DNA of 64,000 nucleotides from Nemertoderma westbladi (Eukaryota; Animalia; Xenacoelomorpha). A program made the position numbers and the translations under genes. This document shows positions 1 through 12,221 of this stretch, one piece after another. Where the stretch lies: contig JAUCBJ010006630.1 of NCBI GenBank assembly GCA_032718475.1, positions 1-64,000 of the forward strand. The letters run 5' to 3'. Positions within the stretch are counted from its first letter, which is position 1. Each line of letters opens with the position of its first letter. The notes below the pieces were generated by a model. That model was not told the origin of the DNA, ran no database searches, and was given only the letters and a program-made list of their open reading frames with translations.

Positions 1-465
1 CTACAGAAACATGGTGTAACTAGAGAAACATTATGTAACTTGAGAAACATGGTGTAACTAGAGAAACATGGTGTAACTAGAGAAACATGGTGTAACTAGA
101 GAAACATGGTGTAACTAAAGAAACATGGTGTAACTAGAGAAACATGGTGAAACTAGTGCAACATGGTGAAACTAGTGTAAAATTGTGTAACCAGTGTAAA
201 ATGGTGTAACTAGTGTAAAATGGTGTAACTAGTGTAACATGGTGTAACTAGTGTAACATGGTGTAACTAGTGTAAAATGGTGTAACTAGAGAAACATGGT
301 GAAACTAGTGCAACATGGTGTAACTAGTGTAAAATCGTGTAACCAGTGTAAAATGGTGTAACTAGTATAAAATGGTGTAACTAGTGTAAAATGGTGTATC
401 TAGTGTAACATGGTGTAACTAGTGTAACATGGTGTAACTAGTGTAAAATGGTGTAACTAGTGCAA
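1..465. repeat. 19-bp minisatellite (TAGAGAAACATGGTGTAAC grading into TAGTGTAAAATGGTGTAAC)
   Basis: About 24 tandem 19-bp units visible; the array runs off the window start. Confidence 0.95.
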
Positions 466-1211
466 TGAAAAAAGAATTAGTGTATGAAAAAAGAATTATT
501 TTCTGAAATATCATCTTCATGCTGCAATTTTTGCAAAAATTAAACACAAAAATGTGATTATCTCGAAATTATATTTTTGCACCTTAGTTGATTTTCCATA
601 TCACAGCACCGACGATATTATTGCACTCTTCACTATGAAATCCTCGTTTCACTTGGATTTTAAAACAACTTCCACTTGAATTTATTTCTAGATTACTCTA
701 CATGAAATAAAAATGTTAATTAAAAGGTCAGTTTCTTCAAGCACTACTTCTTACAATACAGCTCATAGATTCGGAATAAATACTTTGCAGCTATTTGTAA
801 TATTCCTAGTAATTTTAGGGACAAGCTTGTTTTAAATTAATCAGAAACAATATTTTTGGAAAATTTTGCACAAAATTCCGTACGCAAGTAGCTTGTTTTA
901 GTTGTTTTCATGTAATAATTCAAATTGCCAGAATACAAACCGTCAAAAAAAGCTACGCAACATTTGGGCTTGTATACCTGTTAGTTAGTTACTTAATTAC
1001 TCGATTATATGATTACTAATTAGCTTTATTATCCAGCTTGTATAACCATATCGAAATTTAATTGTTTTGCGTTATTGTATCACGCTAAATGGGGTTATCA
1101 ACTAGCTTGTCAGATTATGGTAGCATTGTAGCCACTTTGTCACCATTGCTACCTAAGTAGCAAGGGTGCCACTCATGGTAGCTGAACCGACAGTTTCATA
1201 TTCTGCATAGG

Positions 1212-1258
1212 TAGCAAGGACGCCAGTCCCTTTTTAGTGAGAATGGCGTCCTTGCTAC
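1212..1258. repeat. Short inverted repeat, possible MITE remnant
   Basis: GTAGCAAGGACGCCA ... TGGCGTCCTTGCTAC, 15-bp arms; related GTAGCA motifs at 1118-1180. Confidence 0.55.
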
Positions 1259-1742
1259 GTTTTGTGTCCATATATATATATATTATATATATTTTTATAT
1301 AATTTTTACAGTCTGGTAAACTTGGCTTAATATCCATTTTTACCTATTAAAGTCCCGTATTCGCATGGAATAGTTCAGTAGTCAGGTAGTTGAAGTCAAC
1401 GGTTAGCTGATTTAGGTTAAATTTCTCCTGTTCAGGATTAATTTTTCAAACACACTGCTCCAAATAATAAGCTGATAATTTATCTCAATATAAGCATCAG
1501 TCAGTATATTATTTATATAATATATAGTCATTATGTATAATTTTGATATATAGAATAACAACAATATACAGTTGTACAACAGTTCATACCACTCTGTTTC
1601 CTAAAGGAATGCCTGTTTATCAACATAAAATGTTTAAGGTAGTGGCAAGCCGACTTAAGGGCGTCACAATGATCCATTATAAGGGGTTGGTGGAACAGGA
1701 GTTTTATAGCCCCGAAAGACAATTAAAAGATAATTAAACAAC

Positions 1743-1781
1743 GGCCTATATATTTCTCCCCGTTGGGGTATCATCAGGGCC
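1743..1781 (-). ncRNA. Minimal type I hammerhead ribozyme
   Basis: Minus strand reads GGCC-CTGATGA-TA-CCCC-AAC-GGGG-A-GAAA-TATA-TA-GGCC: conserved core, stem I GGCC/GGCC, stem II CCCC/GGGG, palindromic ATATAT stem III. Same strand as the PLE ORF. Confidence 0.8.
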
Positions 1782-1848
1782 TGATTACTTAAACAAACAG
1801 TAAAACTACAAAACACAAAAGTATGAAACACCGGTACCGGTATGCAAT

Positions 1849-2110
1849 GCAGAAGGAGACATCAGACTAATGACTGGCTAAACACAAACAGGACCTACAG
1901 TATATCTCCAAATAATTACCACATAGATACAGTATATTATTTAAAGGCAATACTAAACAAAGGTACATGATTAAAATAAATCAATTTAACGTTATACAAA
2001 GCAGAAAGGGACATCGGACCCATGAAAGGCTAAACACAAACAGAACCTACAGTATATCTCCAAAAATTACATAGATACTGTATATTTAAGGGCAATGCTA
2101 AACAAACGTA
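1849..2110. repeat. Diverged ~150-bp direct duplication in the PLE 3' UTR
   Basis: GGCTAAACACAAACAG(G/A)ACCTACAGTATATCTCCAAA at about 1876 and 2027. Confidence 0.75.
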
Positions 2111-2596
2111 CCCAATTACGATATAGGCTAGCTTACATATACATAGAACCAAATTCAACTTACGTTAGAATAAATTAAATTAAATTTGATTGATCATGTA
2201 CCCCTAATTTCCAGAAACTAGGTGCAAATCAAAGCAACAGAATCTGAAATAAATGCATTTATGCAGTTGTATAAGTTTATGAAAAGGCAAGTCCATGATT
2301 AAAATAAATCAAATTAAATTACATTAAATTAAATCAAAACTAAATTACACTACCCGTCACGGTACGGGGCGTTACGTTAGGTTAGTACGTACATAATGAT
2401 TAAACTAAAATAAAAAAATTTATAAAACGTACGGTGGAAAATCGGTATGCTCGATAATTGTACATGCCCAGTAACAACGAAAACTCTGGGAAGATCGTAC
2501 TGTAAAGGCTATAAAGGTATGAAATCGTACACCAAATAAACCAAACAAAGTGAAAACACCGGAAATCGGAAAAAATGATAACAACCTGGTCCTACC

Positions 2597-2838
2597 CTAC
2601 ATAGCAGGGTACATTTTGTTCCAGGGGGGTCTGTATTTGTTGATGTGTACGGATTCAGCGTGGATCCTGTCTATGTCATTGTGAAACTTGCGGAAGGCGG
2701 TGATCCTAATACTGTCGATGGGGCAAGTGGAGAAATGTTGCAGGAGAACATACTCTGGGGTGTTGTCCAAATCGGGTTCGATTTCCTTCCTGAAACTACG
2801 GATCGCTGATCTATGCTTGGTTAGTCTGTCGCGTATTG
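2597..2838 (-). pseudogene. C-terminal half of the PLE GIY-YIG endonuclease
   Basis: IRDRLTKHRSAIR...HF...HAESVHINKYRPPWNK; joins YLGQTEQT in frame once the 2839-3574 insert is removed. Confidence 0.85.
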
Positions 2839-3574
2839 ATATTATTGTATATTCGGGGACTTTGCCCATTAAAACACGACAATACATCAGAACAAAACAA
2901 TACAACAGACAAAAATAGCACAATAATTTTATACATTAGGGGATTTTAACAGTAATTAATTAATATTAATATAATACAACTAACTAGAATAGTAGGTAAT
3001 TCATAACATCCCAAATTGGGGACTTATATATAAATCGCAATTGCCGCACATTACTAATAATTAGGTTATTAGAGTTTAACACACGACGACGAAGGCTGAA
3101 TGCCGACCTTTGACGTACACATAAGAAACTAGGCACCCGATTAAATGTAAACATTTCCGACGCACTGCAGTTAAATGGTAGCCGATGAAGTTTCCTAAAT
3201 ATTCTATGGTAAGCCATTTTGATTGAGTTCATAACAGATACTGTATAAGTGTTCCATAAATTGCACCCATATATGCCCGTACAGAATGAAATAAATAATA
3301 CATTTTTGACCTGAGTAGTACAATGGGAGAACTTCCTAATAAGACCGTTACCCCTGCGGTAAATACCCCTTATCTGATTTTGTATATCTACTTTATCGTC
3401 CATATTAATATGTAAGTAGTGACCTAAAAATTTATGTGATTCCACGCACTCGATAGGAGAACCATTCAATCTAACTAAACCAACTGGAAAACTGCACCTA
3501 GCACTAGCACGAAAATACATACACTTTGTCTTCTTTAAGTTAAACTTTATATTATGTTCTTTAGCATATTATAT
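2839..3574 (-). mobile_element. 5'-truncated non-LTR retrotransposon fragment (RT C-terminus + 3' UTR) inserted in the GIY-YIG domain
   Basis: ORF 2984-3520 has VESHKFLG...RKFSHCTTQVKNVLF...YGCNLW; flanked by a GTATTG duplication (2833-2838 and 3575-3580). Confidence 0.85.
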
Positions 3575-4886
3575 GTATTGTCTGTTCTGTCTGTCCTAAA
3601 TAGAAGTTGTGCGGATGGTCGGAACACGACAATATGTACAGTACGTTGTGGGATGTACAATCGAAAGAACCACTGATCTTGACCCCCCACGGGGTGCAAG
3701 GTTTGTCTAGGATGGATGGACACGTCTTGCAACGGGGTCGGTCGCACGGGTGGTTCCCGCTTTGGCCTACTGCAGCTTTCTTTTTTATCAGCAAGTTCCC
3801 TATATTCCGGCCTGTCCTCGTGGACGTGAGTAACCTGATTCCAACTGCTTCCATCCACGATCTGTGTCTGGATAGTACCGGATTCACCGCTGGTGTGAAC
3901 CTGGCATCTATTCCGAAGTGAACCCTGTCCGATAGAATGGTCGTGTGTGTCGTTGTTGTCTGTCTGGTCAATGGGGCTTCCCGCTGCTACGTTAATTCTT
4001 CGTCTGTGGGGGTCCCACTGTCTAATCCTATCTAAGAAAGTCCGGGCGTATCCCGAAACCCAACAGTCTGTGAGGTATCTGTCGCGTGCCTCCTCGTACT
4101 CGGTATTAGTCCTTGTCAACCTCCCGAACCTGCTAAGTTGTCCCCTGGCTACACCCTCCAAAGTTTTCCTAGAGTGTAAACTAGTCGTGGGGATAGGAAG
4201 TTTCTTGGATAGAGGCTTGAAATGGACCTTGGATATAATCCCCCCTCCCTCTCCCCTTACCAATTCAAGGTCGAGAAACACAGACTTAGAATTCGAAAAT
4301 TCAAAAGTGAATTTAATATTGTCCCGTCCAAACACTTCCATCCCCCCCCTATTATAACATTGTACTATCTCGGTCTGTTCTCCCTTCGACAAAACCCGGT
4401 CAAAAATAGCTTCGCCGTCATCGACAAAGGTACGGAAATAAATTGCACCAAATAATGACATAATATTAACATGTTTGTGTATCCTATCCACCACTAGCAC
4501 CGCTACAGCCTTCCCTGCCGGGCCCCCCATCCCCATTCCCTTTATTAATATATAAAATAAACCTTTAAAACCGAAGTATGTATGAGACAACACGAATTTA
4601 AGAAGTATGACGATCTGATCTACGGAATACCCAGATTGATCCAAAATGTCCTCGTTTTCAGAAACCGCGGCTAGTATAGCGTCCACCGCAACGCCGTGGT
4701 CTATGGAGGGGTACATATCAACAACGTCCATAGCCGCGAAAGTTATACCTGGGGAACAGGGCTGCGGTATAAGGTCCCTGGCTGAGTTAGAGTCCTTAAC
4801 GAAATGAGGCATTCTCTCTAATATCGGTTGGATAATCGAATTCAGCAGTTTCCCCGGACGTTCCGAAAAGGTTCCAGTTGTGGAAA
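3575..4886 (-). pseudogene. PLE reverse transcriptase plus the N-terminal Zn-binding/GIY-YIG part (frameshifted)
   Basis: AMDVVDMYPSI, GMGMGGP, FRTFVDD, FLDLEL; then CDRPRCKTC...FDCTSHNVLYILSC...YLGQT in another frame. Confidence 0.9.
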
Positions 4887-4957
4887 TTTAATTATCTTTT
4901 AATTGTCTTTCGGGGCTATAAAACTCCTGTTCCACCAACCCCTTATAATGTTTATCA

Positions 4958-5190
4958 CCATGGCATGGGTGATCTCCCACAGTAAACCCTTCCACTCTGT
5001 TTCCTAAAGGAATGCCTGTTCACCACCTTGGGTGATCTTCCACAGTAAACCCTTCCACTCTTTTTCCTAAAGGAATGCCTGTTCACCACCATGGGTGATC
5101 TTCCACAGTAAACCCTTCCACTCTGTTTCCTAAAGGAATGCCTGTTCACTACAATGGGTGATATTCCACATTAAATCCTTCCACTCCGTT
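4958..5190. repeat. 63-bp tandem repeat, about 3.5 copies
   Basis: GGGTGATCTTCCACAGTAAACCCTTCCACTCTGTTTCCTAAAGGAATGCCTGTTCAC units; a partial copy also lies at about 1589-1625 on the other side of the PLE. Confidence 0.9.
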
Positions 5191-6351
5191 TCCCATATTT
5201 ATTTCATTCCCATTTATCGAACCGGAACCCTCCTAATTGGAACCCCAGGAATGTCAACACTAGACGATTACGAAATCAAAAACTATTGCATTTTGTATCA
5301 AATTAACAGAAATAGTAAAAATAAAAACAATGACATTTAGTCAAATTAGTCGATCGAACATACAATGCTTCTATATTGTATAAAGGTCTGACACCTTTAA
5401 TTATATCTGCAATAAAAATGCGATAAAATTAATATCTTTATTTGATACAATTATTGCCGTCAAAAAGTGTTTAATCTCCTAAAAGCTATTAAACGTAAAC
5501 TAACTCATCAAAGGTTCAATACAATAATTATTGGGAAGTTATTAAACGTCTTAATTGGTTCTAAACCTTGAAAATCTCCTTGCATGTATGGATTTCGACC
5601 TTGGTGGAATGCAGATGTGTCGAACTTTCTGTTAATGAGCAATTCGTAGTAGCTAGATCGATTTGGGTGTTTGAACATAAATTTTGTTGGTGGATTTTCG
5701 AGTGCTCATCAAACAATCAGTTAATGACCCGGCGTTCACAAATCGATTGAAGTATGAGTGGAAGGATACACAGAGAGGTCCCAACCACAAATAAAGTGGT
5801 AGGTTCATAACCTATCTACTACAGTTAACTTAGCCGACAGCAGAAATGTTGACACAACACATTGCAACAGTACTGTATGTGTAGGCTTATGTAATATCGA
5901 GGATGGTAATAAGTTATGCGCGGTGCATTGAAACAGGGTATTGCCTGGTGTTTAATAAAATACGCCAGGCAATATAAATGAAATCCAATAAAATTGTGGT
6001 AATTGGCTATGAATAAAAATAGTTTGTTTTAGTACGTGCGTTAGTTGCTAATGCAACTAGCACAATCATTAACTGTGAGAATAATAATAATTAAGGGAAT
6101 AATTCTTTGAATAAGTTTATTAACACGAAATCATATTGTGTTGATAACTTTGCACTGTTTTCTCTCTACCTATGTTTATGAATAATATTTTGATGACATA
6201 TATTAATGGCTGAGTTCCATTTGCTTTTTTTATTTTCGCTATGTTTTTGCTATGCAGTTAAATAAATAGTAAAAAAAAAGTTAAGCACAATTTTCTTCGG
6301 CCGTTAGGCCAGGGATACAGCACAAAGTCTGAAGACTTATTATTAAGGTTA

Positions 6352-6623
6352 AATTTGGTCCCGGACAATTCGGTCCTGGACAATTCGGTCCTGGACAATT
6401 CGGTCCCGGACAATTCGGTCCCGTACAATTCGGCCCCAATAATAAGCATGTTTTGGGACCGAATTGTCCTAGTCAGTATCCGGACAATTCGGTCCCGGAC
6501 AATTCGTTCCCAGACAATTCGGTCCCAAAACACAAAATTAACGGGACCGAATTGTCCGGGACCAAATTTTCCGGGACCGAATTGTCTGGTCCAAATTGTC
6601 CGGGACCGAATTGTCCTGCTTCC
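6352..6623. mobile_element. Foldback/MITE-like element made of 15-bp units (GGTCCCGGACAATTC) in both orientations
   Basis: Forward arrays at 6357-6435 and 6478-6526, reverse arrays at 6456-6468 and 6543-6616; ends in CCTGCTTCC. Confidence 0.7.
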
Positions 6624-6624
6624 A

Positions 6625-7373
6625 CTAGCGCCCGCTATTGTTTTTGATTAAAATCACTAAAACCTAGTATAACGGCGATACACCAAAATTGTTTTATTCG
6701 TAACACACACACACACACACACACGTCCTAAAACATATAAACTCCCCTTCGAGACCTACTAGTTATTGATTACGTTTAGGTTACTTTCAATAGGAGATAT
6801 TCTGCAGTTTTACTATTCGTAGTTTGTAATTTTAGGAGAAATTTAGTATTTAGTTTTACAGCAAGTATTTTAGATGGCATGCACTCCTTTTGACTGCTTT
6901 ATCTGATCAGCAGTATTGTTACTTTAGGTACCACCCCCCTTTGACTGTTTCCTGTCAGTAGTATTGTTACACTAGTCTGTTAATCCACTAGCTCATATAT
7001 AAACCATATAAATCACACCGCGGCAAGTTTACAGTATTTAGGTCCATTAGCGATAGTTAGGATTCGCTGCGCGGGGATTGTTTTCCTGTGAGTTTGGTCT
7101 GTCACTGTAAACTGTACATCTGCCTCACCGGTTAGAGGCCGGGTATCCTGTTTTGTCTAGTTCGCCCGGGCATTTGACTCGCCCACGTATTAGAATAGAC
7201 ACCAGGCTCCATTCCTCGCCAGTAGTAGTTTGCGTATTTAGTGTCTGTTTATTTAGACACCCTGGACTGGGATTTATTGTCAGATACTTTACGAGCCCGT
7301 ATACACTACTAGATCTTACAGTAAGGTACATTGTTACTAGGATCTGGTAGGCGGTATACTACTGGACTTTTCA
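6625..7373 (+). repeat. E1 5' LTR (only the 3' ~750 bp remains)
   Basis: Colinear with 25749-26490, including the (AC)n tract; similarity ends exactly at GGACTTTTCA. Confidence 0.9.
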
Positions 7374-7384
7374 GTAGGGGATAC
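7374..7384 (+). promoter_or_regulatory. E1 non-canonical primer-binding position GTAGGGGATAC
   Basis: Directly follows the LTR-terminal CA; no TGG; complementary (one G.U pair) to GTATCTCCTAC at 25246-25256 in the LTR. Confidence 0.5.
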
Positions 7385-8351
7385 TATATAAATTAGTATA
7401 GTATCATTTAGATCTGTACGCCCTGAAAAGTGTGTGGACTTTTCAGCAGGAGATATTCTACAGTTCGGCATTCGTAGATTGGTGAATTGTAGAGTAGACC
7501 CTATTGGAAGGGATCTAAAAGTAGGAGATATTTTATAAGTTTAAAATTAGTAGAATTAGTAATTTATAGAACGTCCCTAACTGACAGGCTTTTATGGTAG
7601 TTTTATTCGTATTTGGCTAGCTATAGATAGTTAGTTAGTTTGTAATTATTTTGTTTTACGCCATGTGTTTGTGGTGTTACTTTTTTCGGTACTTGAAAAG
7701 GTATGCAAGGTTTAAAGACCAATTTGTATCGGTACCTGGGAAGATTTTTGTAGACTAGTTAGTAAAACTCTCACCTTCGACTTTTCAGGACTCAAGGACT
7801 CATTTCTGGAATGCCTTGAGGGATTAGGCCGTTTTTAGCAAGTTTGGGAGACACAAAATTTGCCTGCGATGCTGGAAACTGTACAGTTCTCGTCCGGTTT
7901 GTATCTGGGAATTTGTACGACTGGAAGATCAAAGGAGTGTAAGTTTTACAACTCGTGTCGTTTAAACTTAGAGCGCAGTAGTACTCAAAATTTGTGGGTT
8001 CCACTGTCTAATTAGTGTGTTTGTTGGTACTTATTTTCCCATTAGACGTTGCAGTTTTGCCTATTATTTGTACTTGTTGATCTACATTTTGGTAGCGTAT
8101 ACCGTTATCTCACTTATTCGTACAAATTTAGCTGGTACGCTGAATTATTATTATTTTAATTATATACCTTTTGATTTTATTTGTACCGGTTAGGGTATAT
8201 ATATAGTATATATATGTACCGAGGTAAGTTTTGACATTTTGACATTTTGACATTTCTATATTCTGACACTTAGACATTTATTACCCATACTTGACGTATA
8301 TAATAGACATGAGTGATATACCATACTCGACTTAATACCCACCTTCCGACT

Positions 8352-11300
8352 ATGACTCGTGTGACCCAGACAGATTGACAGTAGATGACCCGAGAAGGAG
8401 GACCCGCAATTCTACAGATGTCACACTGTGTGCGTCGCCGGTACTGCAAACGGAAATACCGGAAGCCGTAACGTGTGGCGACGGTAGAACTGAAGACTTC
8501 CTTACCGTCCCGCAGACCAGATCGCAGGAACCGGACATGGTAAGTTTGGCTGGAAGCCAAGAGAACATTATTAGGTATATAGGAGGACACATAGCCCAAA
8601 TTACTCAAAACTTTGGAGAAGGTTTTCGCATTTTGCGCAAGTTAACCACCCCAATGTCGAGATACGAGTTCTACACCTTACAGGTAAGGATAGAAAGTAG
8701 GGTACATGCCTCCGTAGATAAACTTAGAGGTTTACACAAACTCGCGGAGTTGCGTGGAGACAACTTTACGCAAGTAAAGATAATCAATAAGTTGGTAAGT
8801 GCGAGGGAAAGCCTCATCCAGTTTAAGTCGGTTGTAGAATTAACTCAACAAGAGCAACTCGATCAACTGATGGGTGAGTCTGCTTCCGACGCGTTGTTAC
8901 AACCCAAAGAGGAAGAAGAACTATATTGCCTGGACGGGAGGTTAGAAACGCTCATCAATTTTCTTTGTAGATGCGGCGTACCGATAGAAGAACCGGAAGT
9001 CGAACCATGAAGAACCACGTAGAACAGCGTCTGTGATTACTCGACAACAACAGGAGGTCGCACGCCGACAACAAGTCGCCGAGGAAGAAGCGCAATGACA
9101 GATGGTTCAGATTGCCAGCGAGGGAGAGAACAACAAAGGGAAGAAGAAGCGAATATTGCAAAACTCCAGGCTCAAGCCGAATTTGAAGCCTTGGAAGTGC
9201 AGAGACTGGAGGATGACTGAGCTCGAGAAGCAGCCGCAGCGGCAGCAGCATGACAGATGGCAGCAGCTGAAGAGTTAAGGCGAGTTGTGGTGAAAAACTC
9301 AGCCGAAAAAGCAGCATCCGAAGCTTGTGCCGAGTTAAAGGCGCGACAAATAAAAGCTTGTTTAGCTGTACAGGAGATGGAGTTAGCTGCGCAACAACAA
9401 GAGGCCAACTGACGAAAAAGGGAGATGAAACTCCAATTCGAGTTAAACCGGAGATCACGGGAGTTATCAAATGTGTAAGAGGACCTTGAACTCGACGCAA
9501 GTGATAGATCCATAAGGTCCCGAGTTGGACATGACTTGTCTGCCCTGGATCGCTTGGAGGTTTGAAATCGCAAAATTCATAAGCGAATAGAAGAAGGAAG
9601 CGTGGGAGCGATTGAGCGAAGAGAAGAATTCGTAGAGAATTACTGCAAACGTTTTCCCCAAGTGATTCCCATGCTCAAACCTACGACTTTAATGAAACCG
9701 AGTATAATTGTAAAATTGAAGGAGATATCGCCCGTACAATCGACCCGAAGTAACAGGTTTGTTATGTCGGAGTCAACCCCAGCATACTTTGTGCACACAA
9801 AGTTATTTTGCCCTGACGGTAAAATAAAGTACTCTCGACTCTTTTTATGAGTCAATACAATTTGTCCCCTCTGATTTTGACACCGATTTTGTCTTTCCCG
9901 ATTTTGTCCTCTGTGTTTGCATGGTATGTGTCCGATTTTGTGTTTACTGTTATGTACTTGATATTGTGACCATCTGTTGAGTACACGTGTACAGTGACTG
10001 CTAAGTGGTTACTTGTTCCTAGCTTTTGTGCTAGTCAGTATTGTTGTGGAACATACTTCCCCTTAATACTGCCGGCGAGGCGGGTGAAAACGAGTCAATA
10101 TTCCATGCTGGGTAGCGCAAGCCCACGTGGGAAAAGACCATCGGTTAGGCCCAAGGGCGATGTTGGTGCTCGATCGCTATCGACTGGTCCACCTGCCAGT
10201 TATCTTTTTGAGTGGGCTCAATGTGCAGTCATGCCACAGTAAGTTGACAGTAGCCAATCAATTGGTGCTCTGAATGGCTACACGCGCGACGAGCTGTGCT
10301 GGTGTGATCGGGGGACCGAAAACAGAACCTGGGAAGCATCAGGCCACCCTCCGGCCCGGGTCTGATAAGAACATCAGTCGGACTGGCCCCAGGGGTGGTG
10401 GAAACAAGTCCGCATCATGGGTGCGCCTTTAGCTGAAGGAGCCCAGAAGGACGCAAGTGGACAGCGACTCATCTAGTGACTCGGAGTCGATGGAATGGGA
10501 AAAATTCCATGCTGGAGTGGCGGATGATTACAAATGAGAGGAGATATCGATGAATCCTTACATCGACAATCCTCCACAAGAAACACCTCTCCAGAAACCC
10601 ACGTTGCAACCGGCTGAGACGATTAGCACCAACCGACTCGCCGAAATAATGTGACATGCTGACAAGCTCAGATTGAAGAGCCACTCAAAGCTCCAGCATC
10701 AGATCGATCACAGACCAGTGTTGAATTGGAATGACCTAGATCACATCGACCACCATTTAGAGAACCGGAAACTAGACAAACTCCGAACCATCGAGGAGAC
10801 GATACCGTTAACCTTTCCCACTGACAAACAACGCGTGGACAGGAACGACTGGACGCCATTACCGAACAGGGACACAGACAGTTGGACTTAGTTAACAAGA
10901 TTTCTAAGTTTGTAGCCAAACACTGATTGCTGTCACAACAACCGCCAGTTCTCTGGCAACGCGAAACACTGGCGTACGCTTATAGACTACGTAGAGTCCC
11001 AGATCGCTATGTGTGCCTTCACATCAACGGAGAAGTTTAATTATTTACTCCAGGTTCTATCTGGTGAGCCGAAAAGATTAGCAGAGACCTTTATTGGTGT
11101 TCCGAACACCTTCGAGTTGGCTTATGACCGCTTGTTTTCCATTTATGGCGGCAACGTAGCCAAGGTTAAATCTATTATAGAAGACCTCTGTAAAGGCACG
11201 TGTTTCGAAACCAATTGATCTTCTACGACTTGCGGACGAAATTATAAACGCTATTGGGACTTTACGGTCCATCGGTCAACTCGAGTACGCCAATAGTTCT

Positions 11301-12221
11301 AATTAGGATCATCTGTAGACTCCATCATCGGTTGCACCAAGAATGGCGACGGATAGAGTACCAGCGTGAAGAGGCCGGCGGCCTATTAAAGCTCACCGAC
11401 ATTTACCAATAGATTTCGCAAGAGGCCGTGGTTGAGACCAGGTCTAACTACACTAACCACCATATAGTGAAAGAAGGAATAGCTATAGCTGCACCGAATC
11501 GGACCAAACAATTTCCGACGAACACAAAGGCCGTGACTTATACCACCCAAAGGAAACTTTTAAAGTTCTGACGCCAATCGGTACCAAACAGCCATGACAA
11601 CAGTTGCCGGTGGATTTTGTGGGATGCCCCTATTGCAAGCGGAATGACAGAAAATATAGAGGACACAAGCTATGCGGATGTTGTGCTTTTAAAGATTTAG
11701 GAGTTGAGGAAAGATGACTCCAGATTCGCCCGTTGGATTCTTGTTGGAGATGTACCATGCCTGGACACGTCTGGAAGGACTGCCCAAACGATGACACATG
11801 TCCTCTATATGGACATAACCACGACACGTTACTCCACACGAATATTCATACTCCGACTAAGCGCTTTCGACAAGAGCATCCAGATAAAGCGGCTAGATGT
11901 GACGCGATTTACAAAGAGCATGCACCGCGTGAAATCAGTACCTTCTATACTGATTGTATGGACCAATCCGGATCATCGGACGAGGACGAGGAGGAAGATG
12001 ACACCTTTTACGTGCATGCAGGGGAGGAACAACCATCGATAACACACCTCACACAGAACCAATTGAAGGGGTTTAGCGTGATTCTTATAAAGATTACCGG
12101 AACCCAAGGGAGCAAGCATATATACACTACCCTAGACTCTGCGTCATCGCATAGTTACGTCGACGAACAAGTAGCCGATGCAGTTACGGACATGAGTAAA
12201 GACTGCTCAGTACACTGTTAG
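8352..12221 (+). pseudogene. E1 gag and protease, with many stops and frameshifts
   Basis: Coiled-coil N-terminus; TEKFNYLLQVLSGEPKRLA (Pao gag core); CWRCTMPGHVWKDC and CPLYGHNHDTLLH knuckles; TLDSASSHSYV aspartic protease motif. Confidence 0.85.

Larger units (their letters stand above)
1626..4950 (-). mobile_element. Penelope-like retroelement (RT + GIY-YIG), 5'-truncated, with an inverted pseudo-LTR fragment
   Basis: PLE-type RT, GIY-YIG endonuclease, hammerhead motif in the 3' region, and a 64-bp inverted repeat (1675-1738 vs 4887-4950). The left boundary is approximate. Confidence 0.88.

Noticed and set aside
1-465. CRISPR-like regular repeats
   Set aside because: Head-to-tail units with no unique spacers, no cas genes, eukaryotic context.
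6258-6651. ORFs with GTELS/PDNSV repeats
   Set aside because: Produced by the 15-bp foldback units.
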